Numbered from the stretch's first letter, positions 22,210 to 35,971 are shown. The stretch is 64,000 nucleotides of DNA from Monosiga brevicollis MX1 (GCF_000002865.3 NW_001865061.1:100597-164596), one strand, 5' to 3'. Numbers and translations are program-made. The notes: a model not told the origin generated them from the sequence alone.

Positions 22210-22910
22210 GCACACACACACACACACACACGCACACACACACACGTGAAGGGGTGAATCAGAACAAAAGAGCTTTTGTTCTCGCAACACAGAGAGAGCG
22301 AGAGACAGAGAGTGAAGAGAGAGAGAGACAGAGAGAAAGACAAAGAGAAAGACAGAGAGAGAGACAGACAGAGAGACAGACAGAGAGAGCGAGAGCGAGA
22401 GAGAGACGGAGAGAGAAAGAGAGTAAGAGAGAAAGAGACAGAGAGAGGAATGATCGCACAACCAGAGGTACATTCAGTTTCTTTGGTTGACCAGGTCAGT
22501 GCACACACACAGTCTAAAGATTAAAAATGGCAGCGGGTAGAGTGATGATGATGATGGTGATGATGTTGGGGATGAGGGCGGCGGAGGCTGGCAGGGTTGG
22601 ATCTTTGGAAGGGGTATCATCGCCTGTATGTGTATGTGTACGTGGGTGAGGGTGCCAATCTGTATGCTGTCATGGCTCGCACGAGCACGGCTGCCGGCAC
22701 TGATCTCTCTCCTCTCTCCCTCTCTCTCCTCTCTCCCTCTCTCCCTCTGTGCTTGATGCCTCTTGGTGATGGCTCAGAGCATCCGGCCGCTCCCTCTTTT
22801 TCTTTCTCTTCCACCTTCCCCCTTGTCTTCCCGTGTCGTTCCTAGTACGATCGCGCCTTTTCCCCCTTGTTCTTCTTCTCTCTGTCTCTCTCTGTCTCTC
22901 TCTCTGTCTC

Positions 22911-22965
<55 letters not shown>

Positions 22966-22980
22966 TTTTTTTTTTTTCAA
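22210..22980. repeat. Microsatellite-rich intergenic block: (CA)n, (GAGACA/GA)n, (CT)n, poly-T
   Basis: Seen directly. Confidence 0.85.
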
Positions 22981-23295
22981 TGTGTGTGTCTCTCGTCCGT
23001 GCACGTCCTTCCCTCCTTTTTTCTCTACCCCATGTCATCTGAGTTGCTCGTGCAAATGTGTGGACTCAACTGTTGCCCCCTTGTTCTTTCCGCGCACCTC
23101 TGGCGACACACATCGTTTTCTATCACCAGTGTCTTCGCTCTCCCTTTCCTTCTCTGTCTGTCCCCTGACGTTCTTCTCGCTCGCGCCTTGTCAAAGCTGA
23201 CTGATTTTGCTCACTTTGATCGTCCAATCCTGCTCCTTCTTGCAGATCAGTGCTTTTGTCAACGTGTGCCATACCTCCTCTCCCGACTCGACAAA

Positions 23296-24660
23296 ATGAT
23301 GAAGCTTGCGCTCCTCGTGCTGGGCCTGGCCGGCATGGCCAGCGCTGCCTCGGTCACCTGCTCTGACCCTGTCAGTAACAATGGCCGCGTGACCGCCAAG
23401 TGCGGCTCTACCACGTAAGCTACCCGCGCCCTCCGCTGCACTATTCACACGCCCACAAGATTTTGAATCGGCTCGCACCCTTTGCACCAACTCTTCTTTT
23501 TTTTTTTTTTTTTTCACACCAACTCGTTTGCTGCGCCGACAGCTATGATTTGACTTGCGCCTTCCAGACCAAGGACACCGACTACGTCTCTGTGCTGGTA
23601 CCCAACGGTGACAACGGTCAATACATCTTCTACCTCAACGCCAACCAGGGCCTCAAGGCCGGCTCCTCGGATGTCCAGTCAGTTGGACCACACACGCATG
23701 CTCTCCTTGATGGTTGGCCCAATGATGTTGCCTTCAAACTGACGCCCTCGCCCTTGCCCGTTTCCTCCTGTTCCTTCCAAATCTGTAGATACTGTGCCTC
23801 GGTTGATCCTCTGAGCCCCACCGTGAGCGGTGGCTTTCAGGCCGACTACAAGCAGGGCGGCTCTTGCTGGTCCATTGGTATGTCGCTCTCCTACCGCTGT
23901 CTCTTCGGCGTATGCGCCATTCCACTGCGCTCGTTTTTTTTTTTTTTTTTGTTTTTTTTTTCCCTTTCCATCAACGCATGTCCAAATCCATTTCACAACG
24001 CCTCATCGGCATCCGCGATCGTCTTTTCCTTTTTGACTTGTAGGTGACATCACCCAGCAGACCTGGATTGAGGCATCCCCCGGACAAATGCAAATCCTGA
24101 TCAAGGGTGGTACCGGCAATCGCCAGGCTGCCATCTACGTTTCCTGCGATGAGAACGCGGTACGATCCATGGGCACTGTTCATCGAACGGCTGCGCAAAC
24201 GCTTGTGGGCCGTGTCACAAACCGCCTCGCTTCCACCTCTTAATCCTTACCTGCTTCGCCTCCGCCCCATCGGTCACAGGCGGTCCCCAACGTCACCTAT
24301 GTGGGCGAGAATGATGCTACCAACACCTACCAGTTTGAAATTTCCCACCGCAGTGCCTGCACCGACTACACCCCCGGCGACTGCAACAGTGCCCCCGCAC
24401 CCACCAAGAGTCCCAGTGGCAAGAGCGGCCACAAGAAAACCGATGTTGGCGCCATCCTTTGCGGCGTCTTCTTCGGCGTCCTTGGTGGCTACTTCATCTT
24501 TGGCTTTGTTATCCTCCACTTTGTCCAGAAGAACCCTCCCAGCGAGAGCGTTCCCAACAAGGAATTTTGGGTGTCACTCCCCGGCCTCGTCCGTGATGGC
24601 TTTGCGTTTACTCTTGCTCGTATTCGTGGCCAGAGTGCATCCACCTATCAAAGCATCTAA
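23296..24660 (+). CDS. Mannose-6-phosphate-receptor/ATG27-like type I membrane protein (multi-exon)
   Basis: Signal peptide MMKLALLVLGLAGMASAAS. MRH-like pieces YDLT, YIFYLN, GGTGNRQAAIYVSCD and YQFEISHRSAC. TM helix, then PNKEFWVSLPGLVRDGFAF and a C-terminal YQSI (YxxPhi) sorting motif. Confidence 0.8.
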
Positions 24661-25461
24661 GTCGTCTCAGAACCATGTTCGCACCTCCTCTTGCTGCCGG
24701 AAGACCAGGCTTCGGAGAGACCAGGCTGCTTATTCCTGGCCGTTGCCGTTTGGCATCCAAGCCGTCAGGCTTACAGGCAGAGCGTGTGGTGCGCGCATGT
24801 ACGGCTCAATGTCTTGAACCGGTGACGTTTTGGTGTTTCTTGACCTTTCCCCTCTTCTTCTTTTTTTTTTTCTTTTTTGAGGGGTTTGATGTTTGAGGAC
24901 AAGCATGACCTTGATGTCTGGCCTTTATCCTCAACTTGGCGTGGCACATGCCATGTCAATCCCTCTCTGTTTCTTCCTTTGTATTTTTGCGTTTTTGTTT
25001 CGTTTTCCTATCCTCTCTAGGTCGGACGGGAACGACTCGTGCATGAACCCTGTTCGTGGTAGTGCTTCTCCTTCAGAGAGCATGCCGTGTAGACCAGATG
25101 CGCTCGCTTCCGTTCAAATATTTTCTCCTTTCACTCTGTCATTGGTGTCGTCCCTTTTGCTCGCGCTGTACTTTGGGGTTGGGCGTTATTCTAGACTTTT
25201 GCCCCCCTTTCCTCTTTCGCGATAGAACCAGTTGAGATGAAACTCATCCCCTCCTGCTTCCCTTCCCTGTGGTCATCTGGTCCCATCCAACACGAATGAG
25301 AAGATGCCGGTTTGAGCAGGGAATTCAATTACAGACTGGCAGAAGACAGAACAAAGCGAGAGGGTGTCGTGGATTGAGAGCGATTGAGAGAGACTCTCGC
25401 ACACGCATGGAAGGGAGCATTGAGTAGGGAAAGGAGAGAGGGAAATCAAGTGGGTTGTGTT

Positions 25462-25684
25462 CTCTCTCTCAAAATCTCTTCTCTCTGAATCTCTAAATCT
25501 CTCTCTGAATCTCTCTGAATCTCTCTCTCTACAGCTCTCTCGAAATCTCGAAATCTCGAAATCTCTCTCTCTCTGAAATCCCTCTCTAAATCTCAAATCT
25601 CTCTCAAATCTCTCTGAATCTCTCTCTCTAAATCTCAAATCTCTCTCTATCTCTCTGTCTGTCTCTCGCTCTCTTTCTCTCTCT

Positions 25685-25747
<63 letters not shown>

Positions 25748-25757
25748 TTTTTTTTTC
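25462..25757. repeat. Degenerate (CTCTCTGAAT/CTCTAAAT)n repeat followed by (CA)n and poly-T, abutting the PTEN-like ATG
   Basis: Seen directly. Confidence 0.85.
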
Positions 25758-25772
25758 CATCTGCTCGGGACC

Positions 25773-28700
25773 ATGGCAGCGGCAGGTGGGGAAGAGGCAT
25801 TGCCTGTGGCGCCGGCGGACATGTCGGATAGCTTGCGGCTGCTGGAGGATGCCATTGATCACTACCGGCACCGACATGAGGCTTGCTTGGCTCAAAGCGC
25901 TGGAGGCGAAGCCGACCCGTCGGCCATTACCGTCAACGTTCACCCAGATGTCCAGGTTGGACCCGCTCGCATGGCTTGCAGTGGCTTGGGTCGCCGCCGC
26001 CGCCGCCGCCGCCGCTATGATCGTGGCTTTTGCTCCCCCTCCCCGTACAAATACGCAACGTGCCTTTTGCTTTGAACTCGATGACCTTGGGAATGCTCAT
26101 GTTTGGGGTCTGGGAATTACCTCTCGCGCCGATCTGCTCTGCCATCATCCGACATCCAGGTTCAACTCAATCGAGAGGATGAAAGCACTGTACGCTTGGC
26201 CAACGGCACGGTCATTCAGCATCGGTATGCTTGCCTCGATCGCCGCGTCTCGTTTCCCACCGTCTTGCTCCTTCTCTCTTTGTACCGGATCGATTGTTCA
26301 AGCCGGATCGTCAACCTGGCCTCAACTCGGCAATCCTTGTCCCATCGATCCCTCCCCTCTAGCTTCAACGGCACCAAGATCGTGTCCTTGCCCGACGGTA
26401 CCGTTGTGGAAATCTTGTACGTCAACAACTCCACCTTAACGTGCATCTTTTGCGTATCCGCGTGCGCAGTCCTTCATGAATGGTGATTCACCTCGAACCC
26501 GCCGCCTTAAACCGTGCCTAGGCTGGATGGTACCCGCTACATCCGCAATGCGAGGACCGGGACCATATTGACAGAGACAGCCGACGGCGCCCAGGTATAC
26601 CGCACAATGACAGGCCTTTTCTTTGCTCTCACTGCTCCAGCCACCCGAGCCTTCAGCCAATGCGTTTCGGCCGACTCATGGCCTTTTTTTTTCTTGCTTG
26701 GAATCCCACCATGCCTAGAGCGTTTCCAACCCGGCACAGACCCCACTCCATAAACCGGAAAAGCGGGTCGGCTTTGGTAGTCTGGCGCCCTTGTTGGAGA
26801 AACAACAAATGTACGCTTCGACAACCAACAACGCTGAACACACGGGTACTGCTCAGTCGCCTGCGTTGGACAGCACAACCAACGCCAGTGCTAGCCCCAG
26901 TCCCAGTCCCAGTAAAGGTACCACTGCCTCAGCTTCAGCCATGGACCGATCGGCCGTTGAAGAACCTGATGAGGATCAAGATGCGTCCCTGGATGAGCCA
27001 GATTCTGAAGACGATGTTGATAGCAGCTCAGATGAGGAGGAAATCGATCGCAAGCCCAGCCTACCAGACGCCGCCTCGGCCGCCTCGGTCGTTGAGCATG
27101 ACAATGTCATTCACCAGGGCTGGCTGTTCAAGGTCCGCGCCTAGCCTGGCCCGTGCGCTACGCAGCTCTACCTTTTGCCGGTGACACGCCCGCTTAATCC
27201 AGGTATTCGTTTTGTCTTGTCGGCATGCGTAGGAGGGTGGCCAAATTCGTAGTTGGCGCCGGCGCTATTTCGTCCTGCAGAGTAACGGCCTGCTCGTCTA
27301 CTTTCCCGATGCCCCACAAGCTTCGGGTCGGAATAGTACCCCCATCAACGCCATTGACGTTGTAGGAGCCGAGGTACGCTCCACGCCGACCAATAGTTCA
27401 CATCACATACGCGAAACTCTTGACATTCATTTTGTGCCCTGGCTCGTCACCCCCGATTTTGCGCAGGTGACACAATCTACCAGCAGTAAACGTCCCCATG
27501 GCTTTATCGTCGCCTCGGATCAGAGTGCCAAACGTCGCAGTAGTGCCACCAATAAGCGCGAGTACGGTCTTGCTGCTCATTGTCTCGTTCAAAACTACAA
27601 AGCTGGGACTGCGCTCACCAACGGCCTGCCACTCATAACCACGTCGAGTAGAAAGTATGTCCTTGCTGGCAGCAGCGATGCTGACCGTGACGCCTGGATG
27701 GCACGGATCCGCTACTGTGCCGCCCTCGACTCGCAGTCGCTGGATGGTACAATCCTCCCCGTCGCGCAGCACTCTCTCGCATCGCGTTTTACAAACTTTG
27801 CACGTGGTATCAATGCCTCCAACAAGGTTTGTGCTGACGGTATCTCTTGTTGATTGTTGACATTCGGGCCAGGTTGCCCCTTTTCCCCGGCTGTCCGTTC
27901 TTTTTTTTTTTTTTTTTTTTTTTTTTCTTTCTTTTCAGCCTGACCTTTTTTGGGCTATCGCATTTTGCAGGTCCGCCAGCTGGTCTCGAAACAAAAAATT
28001 CGCTTCCAAAAGGATGGATTTGATCTCGACCTGACCTACATCACGCCCAACATTGTGGCCATGGGCTACCCGGCGGAAGGGACCGAAGCCGTCTATCGCA
28101 ACCGCTACGAGGATACCCTGCGCTTCTTGGAAGAGCGGCATCCCGGGGCCTACCGTGTCTACAATCTTTGCTCCGAGCGCGCTTACCCTCCTTCACGGTA
28201 TGGCCGTCATGTCTATCCATTGGGTGCAGTCGTGGGTAGCGCCTCCATTCGAACGGTAATCCGGCCTGTCCAACCACCTACAGGTTCCACAACCGTGTTG
28301 GCGTGTACCCATTCGACGACCACAATCCAGCGCCACTGCCGCTCGTGTTGGCGTGTTGTGCGGACATTCATGCCTGGTTGGCTGCCAATCCCGAACGCAA
28401 CGTAGCTGCCATCCACTGCAAGGCCGGAAAAGGTTCGTACACAACACTTCGTTTGAGCTTTCAAAGTGCTGCCGTCCAAACAGGAAGCACTTTGTTTAAC
28501 GTTGTTTCTGTGTATGTTTGATCTCGTTTTCAGGCCGCACCGGGCTCATCATTAGCTGTTATTTGATGTACGCCGGCATTTGCCCGGATCCGGACAGTGC
28601 CATGACCATGTTTGGCGCTAAGCGCACACATAACGGCAAGGTAGGTGCCCCGTGGCTTCAAAGAGAGACCATGCGGTTCGGGCATGCCTCAGAGAGACTT

Positions 28701-29334
28701 TTCGTGTCGCGTGCCCGTTGGTCCCATGCCAAGCGAACATGTTACATCTCAATCACCGGCGTCGCGCTGCTGCAGGGGGTGACCATCCCATCTCAACGCC
28801 GTTATATCCGCTACTTTCATACTATGTTGCAAGGGGATCGTACCGTGCCCCCGGCAACGCCATTGACTCTGACAGGCATACGTCTGCATGGCGTCCCCAA
28901 CTACGACTTTTCGGGTGGTTGTCAGCCCTACTATCAGGTCTACCAAGAAGGCGTGCTCATCTTCTCTTCAAAGCCCGCGGAGCTGCGGCAGCTTCAGGCG
29001 TACAAGCGCCAAACCCATCGCGATATCCGGTTCGTGTGCTTGTCCTTTTGCTAGTCACTCGTGGCTACCAAAAGTTTCCTCACTTTTCCTACGAAACAAA
29101 TCGTGTAGCTTTTCGTGCAATATGGCTATCGAGGGCAATATCCGCATCGAGCTGTGGGACTGTGACCGTGGCTTCCATTCCGAAGAGAAGATGTTTGCTG
29201 CGACTTTTTTTACCGGCATGGTTGAGGGGACGTCTCTGCGCATGGTTCGCCAAGAACTGGACGGGGCGCACAAGAAGAAACACCTCAAGATGTTCGAACC
29301 CCAGTTTGCAATGGAGTTGACCTTCAAGTCTTAG
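25773..29334 (+). CDS. PTEN-family lipid phosphatase with N-terminal beta-hairpin repeats and a PH domain (repeats-PH-PTP-C2; multi-exon)
   Basis: [25 protein letters not shown]...[75 protein letters not shown]2: [11 protein letters not shown]...IEGNIRIEL...ELDGAHK. Confidence 0.9.
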
Positions 29335-29943
29335 TTGGCGCTCTCGCCCATGCTGGCCTGCGTGTTGCTACCGTTGTTATGCTTCTGATTTGACAGGCAG
29401 ACAGGTTGACAAAAATCAAGATTCAGATCCATGATAATCGATCCCAGACGGAAAATAAGATAAAAAATCTCGATCAGATGTACAATCTGCTGTCATGTTC
29501 CAAGATGGCAATGGCGAGTGTGTACATCATTGACACGGGCTCATGAATACAGAGGCTAGTTTTAATTGGTGGAGGCCCCTGAGAGGACGGCCAAGGATGG
29601 ATAAAACAAAGTGCAACACACAGCGACAATCATCAAAGAGAGAAACAATGGGTTGAGCGTGCGAAACAAGACGCTGCCTTGTTGCTGCTGTGACCCAGCA
29701 GAACAAAAAGGTGGACGCAACGCCAGAAGGAGTGTGCAAGCTGTCTGGTCAATGACCAGCAGATGACGAGAATACATGAATCACATGGGCACATGAACAC
29801 GGGTGACGGAACACAAGAGAGCAAGAAACCGCTTCCGACGGAACTTTGGGCCGGTGGAAGTGGCCAGCCAAGTGTTGTTGGTCGGCTTGTTTACCCTGCA
29901 GACAAAACATGACGGACACAAGGCAGGAATGAGCTGGTCAAGG

Positions 29944-30890
29944 TCAGGCGGTTGGGAAAGCGTGAGGGCTGGACGGGCAGGTTTTTGCAAACGCACAGCT
30001 CCAATCATCATCGTCGGGCATCTCCTGGACAATCTCAGGCAGGGTGTGGTTCAGGCTCATTAGCTGCCGCTTCATGGCCTTGATCAGGCTGTTCTTTTCA
30101 CGCAGTTGCAGGTGCAGATCCTGGAAGCACCCAAGAGGGGAAAGTGAAATCTGGCAAAATGAGCCAAGGGTCTCAAAGGCAAGCGCGATCACAGGTACAT
30201 ACACTGAGGACATCCTCTTTGTTGGCCAAAATAATCTCCTTCTCAGCCAGAGCATTCTCGTGGTTGGCCTGGGACGACTTGACGGCGGTGATCTTATCCT
30301 GAATTTCGCGGATCTGATCCTTGGTAATCTTGAGATCCTCGCTGTCGTCCTCAATCCACTTTTCGTACATTTGCGTCAGACTGCCACGTGGGAATCAGAG
30401 GTGAGCGCAGTGTCGGGACATTGTTCACCTCAAACTGGTTCGCCTTGAAAGATGAGAAGCCAAGGCATGCTACAGGCAAGGCTTGATGGAACAGATGCAA
30501 CAAAAACTCACGCTTCCTCGTCCTGTTCGAGCTGCTTCTTGGCCTCTTCGAGGGCCGTGTTCTTCTCCTTGAGCTGAGAGTTGGACTCGGAGACATGGTT
30601 GGCATTGCGCATTGAGCGCTGCACAGCCCCCTGCTCCACGCGGTAGAACAGAAAACCACCGCACACCACCAACACGGCTAGAAATACCAGGAGGATCGAG
30701 CCCCAAGGTGAGAAAGAGACTTACAGTGCTGGATCGACAAGAGGGAGAAAAAAAATCCGTCCGTTCTCTGCCTTCCAAGTCACCGGTGGCCAAAAGGCAA
30801 TTCATACGTACCGACAAAGATGCAGAGCTGCTTGGAGAGGATCAAGTGATCCTTGCCAGCCGAGGTGACCAAAGGATTATGGGGTGCCAT
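29944..30890 (-). CDS. Hypothetical type II membrane coiled-coil protein (multi-exon; 3' end approximate)
   Basis: Spliced reading MAPHNPLVTSAGKDHLILSKQLCIFV/AVLVVCGGFLFYRVEQGAVQRSMRNANHVSESNSQLKEKNTALEEAKKQLEQDEE...LKITKDQIREIQDKI...LQLREKNSLIKAMKRQL. Confidence 0.55.
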
Positions 30891-31449
30891 GGCAAAGGTT
30901 CAAATGCAGCCGTGCAAAGTCGACACGATGTCTGCGACATGGCAGGCCATGGATCAAACAGCGATGAGGTCAGACAGCCGCTATGGTTACTCATCTGGAC
31001 TCGAAGGCACGGACAACATGGCAAACAAGCGACCACAATCCCAGAGACGCCAAGGGACCCGAAGCAGAAAAAACAACTCGGAAAAGGCGCTCTGGAAGTT
31101 TGGGCGGCATGGGACTCGATGACTCGACGACCCTCGCCACACGCAAAGCACACGACCACACTGGGATTCCGATGCAAAACACCACAACAAGAGCTGCCCA
31201 GCAAGGATGGGGTTCCGCCATCGTGCCGTCGCCGTCGCCGTCGCCGGCATCACACACGCGCACACATGTGACGATGCACAACCGCCAGACAACGCCACAC
31301 AGCAAGCCAAGAGACAATTCCCCACTGCCACACGCATCACCACCCACACGACCACAATACAAAAATGTTAACAATTCAGCACCTGGCGCCGCTGCCGTTC
31401 ACAACGCCCCGCAACGTGCAACCCAACGAGCACGCAACGCAGCGCTGCC

Positions 31450-31536
<87 letters not shown>

Positions 31537-32037
31537 TTTCTTACAGCAGTTGAGAAACCCAAATGCCATTCAAGTGTGACGCTGTACACACTTGAATGGC
31601 AACACAAGTGGAACGAATAACACACTTTTGGACATGATTGATGAATGTCGTTTGGTAACGGGGAGGAAAGGAATGTCAGCAAAAGGAAGGTTCTGTATAA
31701 CTGTGCGACTGGTTTTTCATTAGGGGACTATACACGTTTCTTTCAAGAAGCAAAGCCTGCTTGCATGCTACGGTCGCCAGGAAGGTTTTCACACCAAGCC
31801 ATGAGGCCTACAGTCGAGGCCAAAGGACTCGATCCGTCTTGTTTCACGGCAGAGGGACAGGACTAGGGTTTGAGATACTACGGCCTGTTCATCGGTCTCG
31901 GCATTCATCTCAGAGACAGGCATCTATTCGTTACACACACTCACACACACACACACACAAGGAACAGGCTTTTCACTTGTTGAAGCAGGCACAGGGGGAA
32001 ATAATAATAATATTATTATGAATACTTATGAGCAACC

Positions 32038-35000
32038 TCATGGCTCGGCATCAGGACGTTGGCGTGGCTCGAGACTGTTGCGCTTGCGGGCCTGCGACAG
32101 GGCTTTTAATGTGCCCTTGGTGGGCGGTGTCATTGTATCTGGAGGGGAGGTGGGATGGGAAATTGCACGGCGCTGGGGTCGCGGCGACGTGTTCGTGGAC
32201 GCGGCGGCGCTCGTCGTCTCACTCGCACTACCGGCCGGCCCCGTTGTCCGTTCCTGAGACGACGGCGGGGTTTGCAGCGCCAGGCGTCGCTGCAGCCGAG
32301 GCGACGACTTGGGCGTCACTTTGGGCGTCGCGCGAGGCGTGTTGCGTGGTGTGCTCCGCGGCGTGCTCCGTGGCGTGCTGGTGGCCGAGTTGGCCCCCGA
32401 ACGTGATCTTCGCGAACAAGAGGGAAACCATGAAAAAGAAGTGAGCTATGGTAGCCAGCATTTCTGTATTGACAAAAGTCGTTTTTGACCACCCACTTGT
32501 TTGCACAACTTACACGCCACGCCCACCGCTGCCAGGCGGCTTGAGAAGCTTGCTCGCCGCTGTCGCAGCACGGACGTTTCGTGCAGCTGCTGCAAACTTT
32601 TTCGCAGAGGCTCGATTTTGCTTGTCTTTCTTGTGTCGCGCTGCCGTAGAATTGACCTGCCAGCACCCGCAACACCAAGATCAACTTGCGTCACGCACCC
32701 CCGACGACGTCGACTTTCAGCATGCCACCGCGCTCGTCGGGGTTTGAGCAAAAGCCCGTACCTCCGTCATGTCCTTGAGCTCGCGGAGAATCTTGCCAGA
32801 GTAATCGCGGTGCACCTGCAAGCTCAAATGGCCCCGCAGCCCTGCTTGCTTAATGGTCTGTCCAATCTGTGCTGCCGTCTTGTGTGTGACAATCTACAAG
32901 CCGAGGCAGGTTAGGGGGCTGCGCGCACCGCACACCTGCACACGCCGATCGTGCCCAAAGGTTCCGAGGCGAGGCTCAACAACCAGACCTGGCCGTTGAC
33001 GCTGAGAATGAAATCACCCAACTGCAGGCCACCGGCACAAGCAGCTGGGCTGTGCTCCTCAATCGAGGCGACGTGTGGCTGCAGCCCATCCACGTCATCG
33101 CCACCCTCTAGCTCAAAGCCGTAGCTAGACGTCGCACTACCATCCTTTTTGAGCTTGTCTGCCCGATTCCGCGTCAGCTTGACTGTATGATTGGCCTGTA
33201 GCAAAAGGAACACAAACCACCACAAATTTCAAATGCAAGATGGGGGTGGGCCAAAGCTGCCGGTTGGAGGCAAGGACCATAGCTGCAGGACGTCAGAGCT
33301 TCTGCGTACCTGGCGGATTGTACGGTTCCGCAGGTTTCGGTCCAACTGCGTTTTGCGTCGTAGCGCTGCTTCCGCTTGTCGCTGACGGTCTTCTGCCTCT
33401 TCCTGCTCTGCCTGCAGCCGACGTTGCTGCTCCTTCTGCTCCCACTCTTGTTGCAGCAGCAAGGTCTATCAACAATGACACCCACAAATCATGAGTCCGG
33501 AATCAAGAACGGCACATGCCACACAAAAGCAGCTCTGGGCTGTTGCACCAACCTCGGCCTGCAATCGCTCGGCTGCCTCTTCAGCTTCGCGGCGCCGCCG
33601 CTCAGCCTCGAGTTTGGCAGCCTCCTCGCGCTCTTTGGCAGCCAGGGCAGCGGCAGCCCGTTGCTCCTCAATTTCTCGCGCACCGGCTGCCCGTTTGGCC
33701 AGCTCCACTTCCTCAAGGGCCTGCTCCAGCTGTGACTGAGCAGCCTGTAGCTCTTCGCGCACGCGCTCTGCCTCGGCTTCAGCCTCCATTGCCTGTGCTA
33801 GGGCACGCTGTCGAGCAGCGTCGGCTGCCTCGGCCTCAGCAGCTTGCTCTGCTGCGTGGGCTGCCAGGCGTTGGAGTTCGGATTGAACACGCTCACGATC
33901 CGCCTGCATCGCGGCAAATTCGGCTTCGGCATCCGCTTTGGCTGCTTGCGCCTGCTGCAACGCTGTCCGCAAGTGCTCCTCGACCTCGCGACGCCGTGCT
34001 TGGCTATTTGCCTCGGCTTGCTCGATTTGCTGCGCGGCTTGTGCTTCAACGCGCGCCACCCTTCGATTTGCCTCCTCCATGGCCTGCGCCACACGAGCCT
34101 CGGCCTCATCCCAGGCTTGCTGGCGGCGCTTGTCCGATTCAGACACAGCAGAGTCGGTTTTAGCAAGAATGGCGGCGCGCTCTTCAAGGGCGCGCGTGCG
34201 CAACTGCTCTGCCTCCTGATCCAGTTGAGCGCGCTGCAAACTCAATTGCTCCTGCAGCTGACGACGATCTTGGTCGAGGCGGGCTCGCTCTGCGGACAGA
34301 TTTTCTTGCAGCTCGTGCAGCTGTTGTTGCTTGATCTGCAACTGCTCGCGCAACTGCTCGGCCTGTGCCGCGGCTGCCTGGGTGGCCAGATCTGAACGTG
34401 TACGCAGAGCCTCCTCCTTGAGCTGGTATTCATGCTCCAGTGCTTGTAGATCGCGGCGCCGCGTCAGTAGAGCTTCCTCGACCTCGTTTTGCTGTTGGCG
34501 TTGCTTTGTCGCCTCGCTCGCAAGGGCTGTGAGCTGTGCACGCAGCTTTTCGAGGTCTTGCGCAGCCACAACTTTTTGTCGGTTTTCACACTCCTGCGCT
34601 TCCAGGCGGGTCTCGAGCGCACGTTTCTCCTGCTCGAGCGCCGCGAGTTGTTGGCGTGCTTCGCGTAAAGCGTCTGCTTGAGCACTCGATGCCTCTTGCC
34701 GTTGCTCCTGTTCTTGTTGTTTAGCTTGCTGTGCGACCGCCGTGGCAAGCTGAAGCTCAAAGCGACGATTCATGTCGTCCAGGTGCCGCTGAAGGACTGC
34801 ATCGAGCTCCTTGCCCACCGCGCTGGCACTGAGAGCCGGTTCGGGTGGTGGGGTGAGATCGCGCAGTTTGTCTTGTATCTGATGTGGATGCCGTGTCACC
34901 AATTCCTGTAGCAGCTGTCGGGCGTGACTTTGCTCATCTTGAACATCACGCAGCTGTTGGAGAAGCGCATCCTGAAGCTGGAACTGTTTTGAATGTTGAG

Positions 35001-35971
35001 TGAGCTGAGCTTTGGCAAGCTGCTGTTGGCTCTGCTGCTCCTGCTGGATGAGTGCATCCAAGTGCGCAGCGAGGCGCTGGAGCTGTTCACCGGGGGAAGG
35101 CTCTGAATGAAGGTGGGTGCTCAGGCGATGCACTTCCTCACGCAAGGCGGCAGACTGCTCCAGCAGCGTCTGCAGCTGGGCCTGTACCTCCTCTTGGAGG
35201 GCACAGACGTCAACCATGCGGTCAAGAACGTTGTCGACGTTTCCTGCCACGCCGTCATCCCGATCCATTAGGTTGTGCACCTCCACCCGCACCGACTCGA
35301 GCTTGACGGTCAGTCGCTCAGTCTGGTTCTGAAGGGTATGAATACCACTGAGGCATTCCGCCACCTCGATTGAAGCGCCGTCGGCAGTCGCAACCGTCCC
35401 ATGCTCATCGTGTTGGTGGCTGCTGACGCCATTAAGGGCCTTTTCAGTCGGGCGCCGGGCTGGAATGGAGACGGGTGGAGGAGAGTCGGGTGAGGGGTAA
35501 TGTGAGCCCGAGGTTGTAGACTTGTGCTCCAGCCGGTGTTGTTTGCCAAGGGCCTATCGAGCGCGCCATCGGATGCGTTGAGGTCGGTGAGGCTTGCACG
35601 CGTTTTGGACACTGAAGAAGGAGTGGTGAAGTTGAAAAGGTACATGGTGTCGTTTTGTATGTGTGTGGGTGGCCGTGGTGGTGGTGTGGTGGTGGTGTGT
35701 GTGGTGGCCGTGGTGGTCGGAGGGGTTCAATGACCGTGGATACCTTGTGGTTGTGCGTGGTGGTGCATTCGCAGATGGCTGGGGCTTCATCGCGGATGGT
35801 CAGGCCAAATCGGCGGAGCGGCCGCTCGCAGTCGACGCAGTAACAGTGGGAGCAGAGCAGGTCTAAGCCATCCACCAACTTGAGGTGGCCCGCGTTGTTG
35901 CCACAAACGACGCACTCGACGTCACGTTGCACAACATCACTCAACAGATCATGCAGGCCGCCCCGTAACAT
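32038..35971 (-). CDS. Cys-rich (LIM/Zn-finger-like) N-terminus + long coiled coil + PDZ scaffold protein (multi-exon)
   Basis: CVVC..H..CSHCYCVDC N-terminus. Coiled-coil ORF 33469..35364 (631 aa). PDZ: SYGFELEGG..HVASIEEHSPAACAGGLQLGDFILSVNG. S/T/P-rich tail. Confidence 0.7.

Noticed and set aside
21000..22250. Short ORFs and a GGC-rich patch in the largest intergenic gap, as a possible gene or transposon relic
   Set aside because: There is no recognisable domain, terminal repeat or coherent exon chain.
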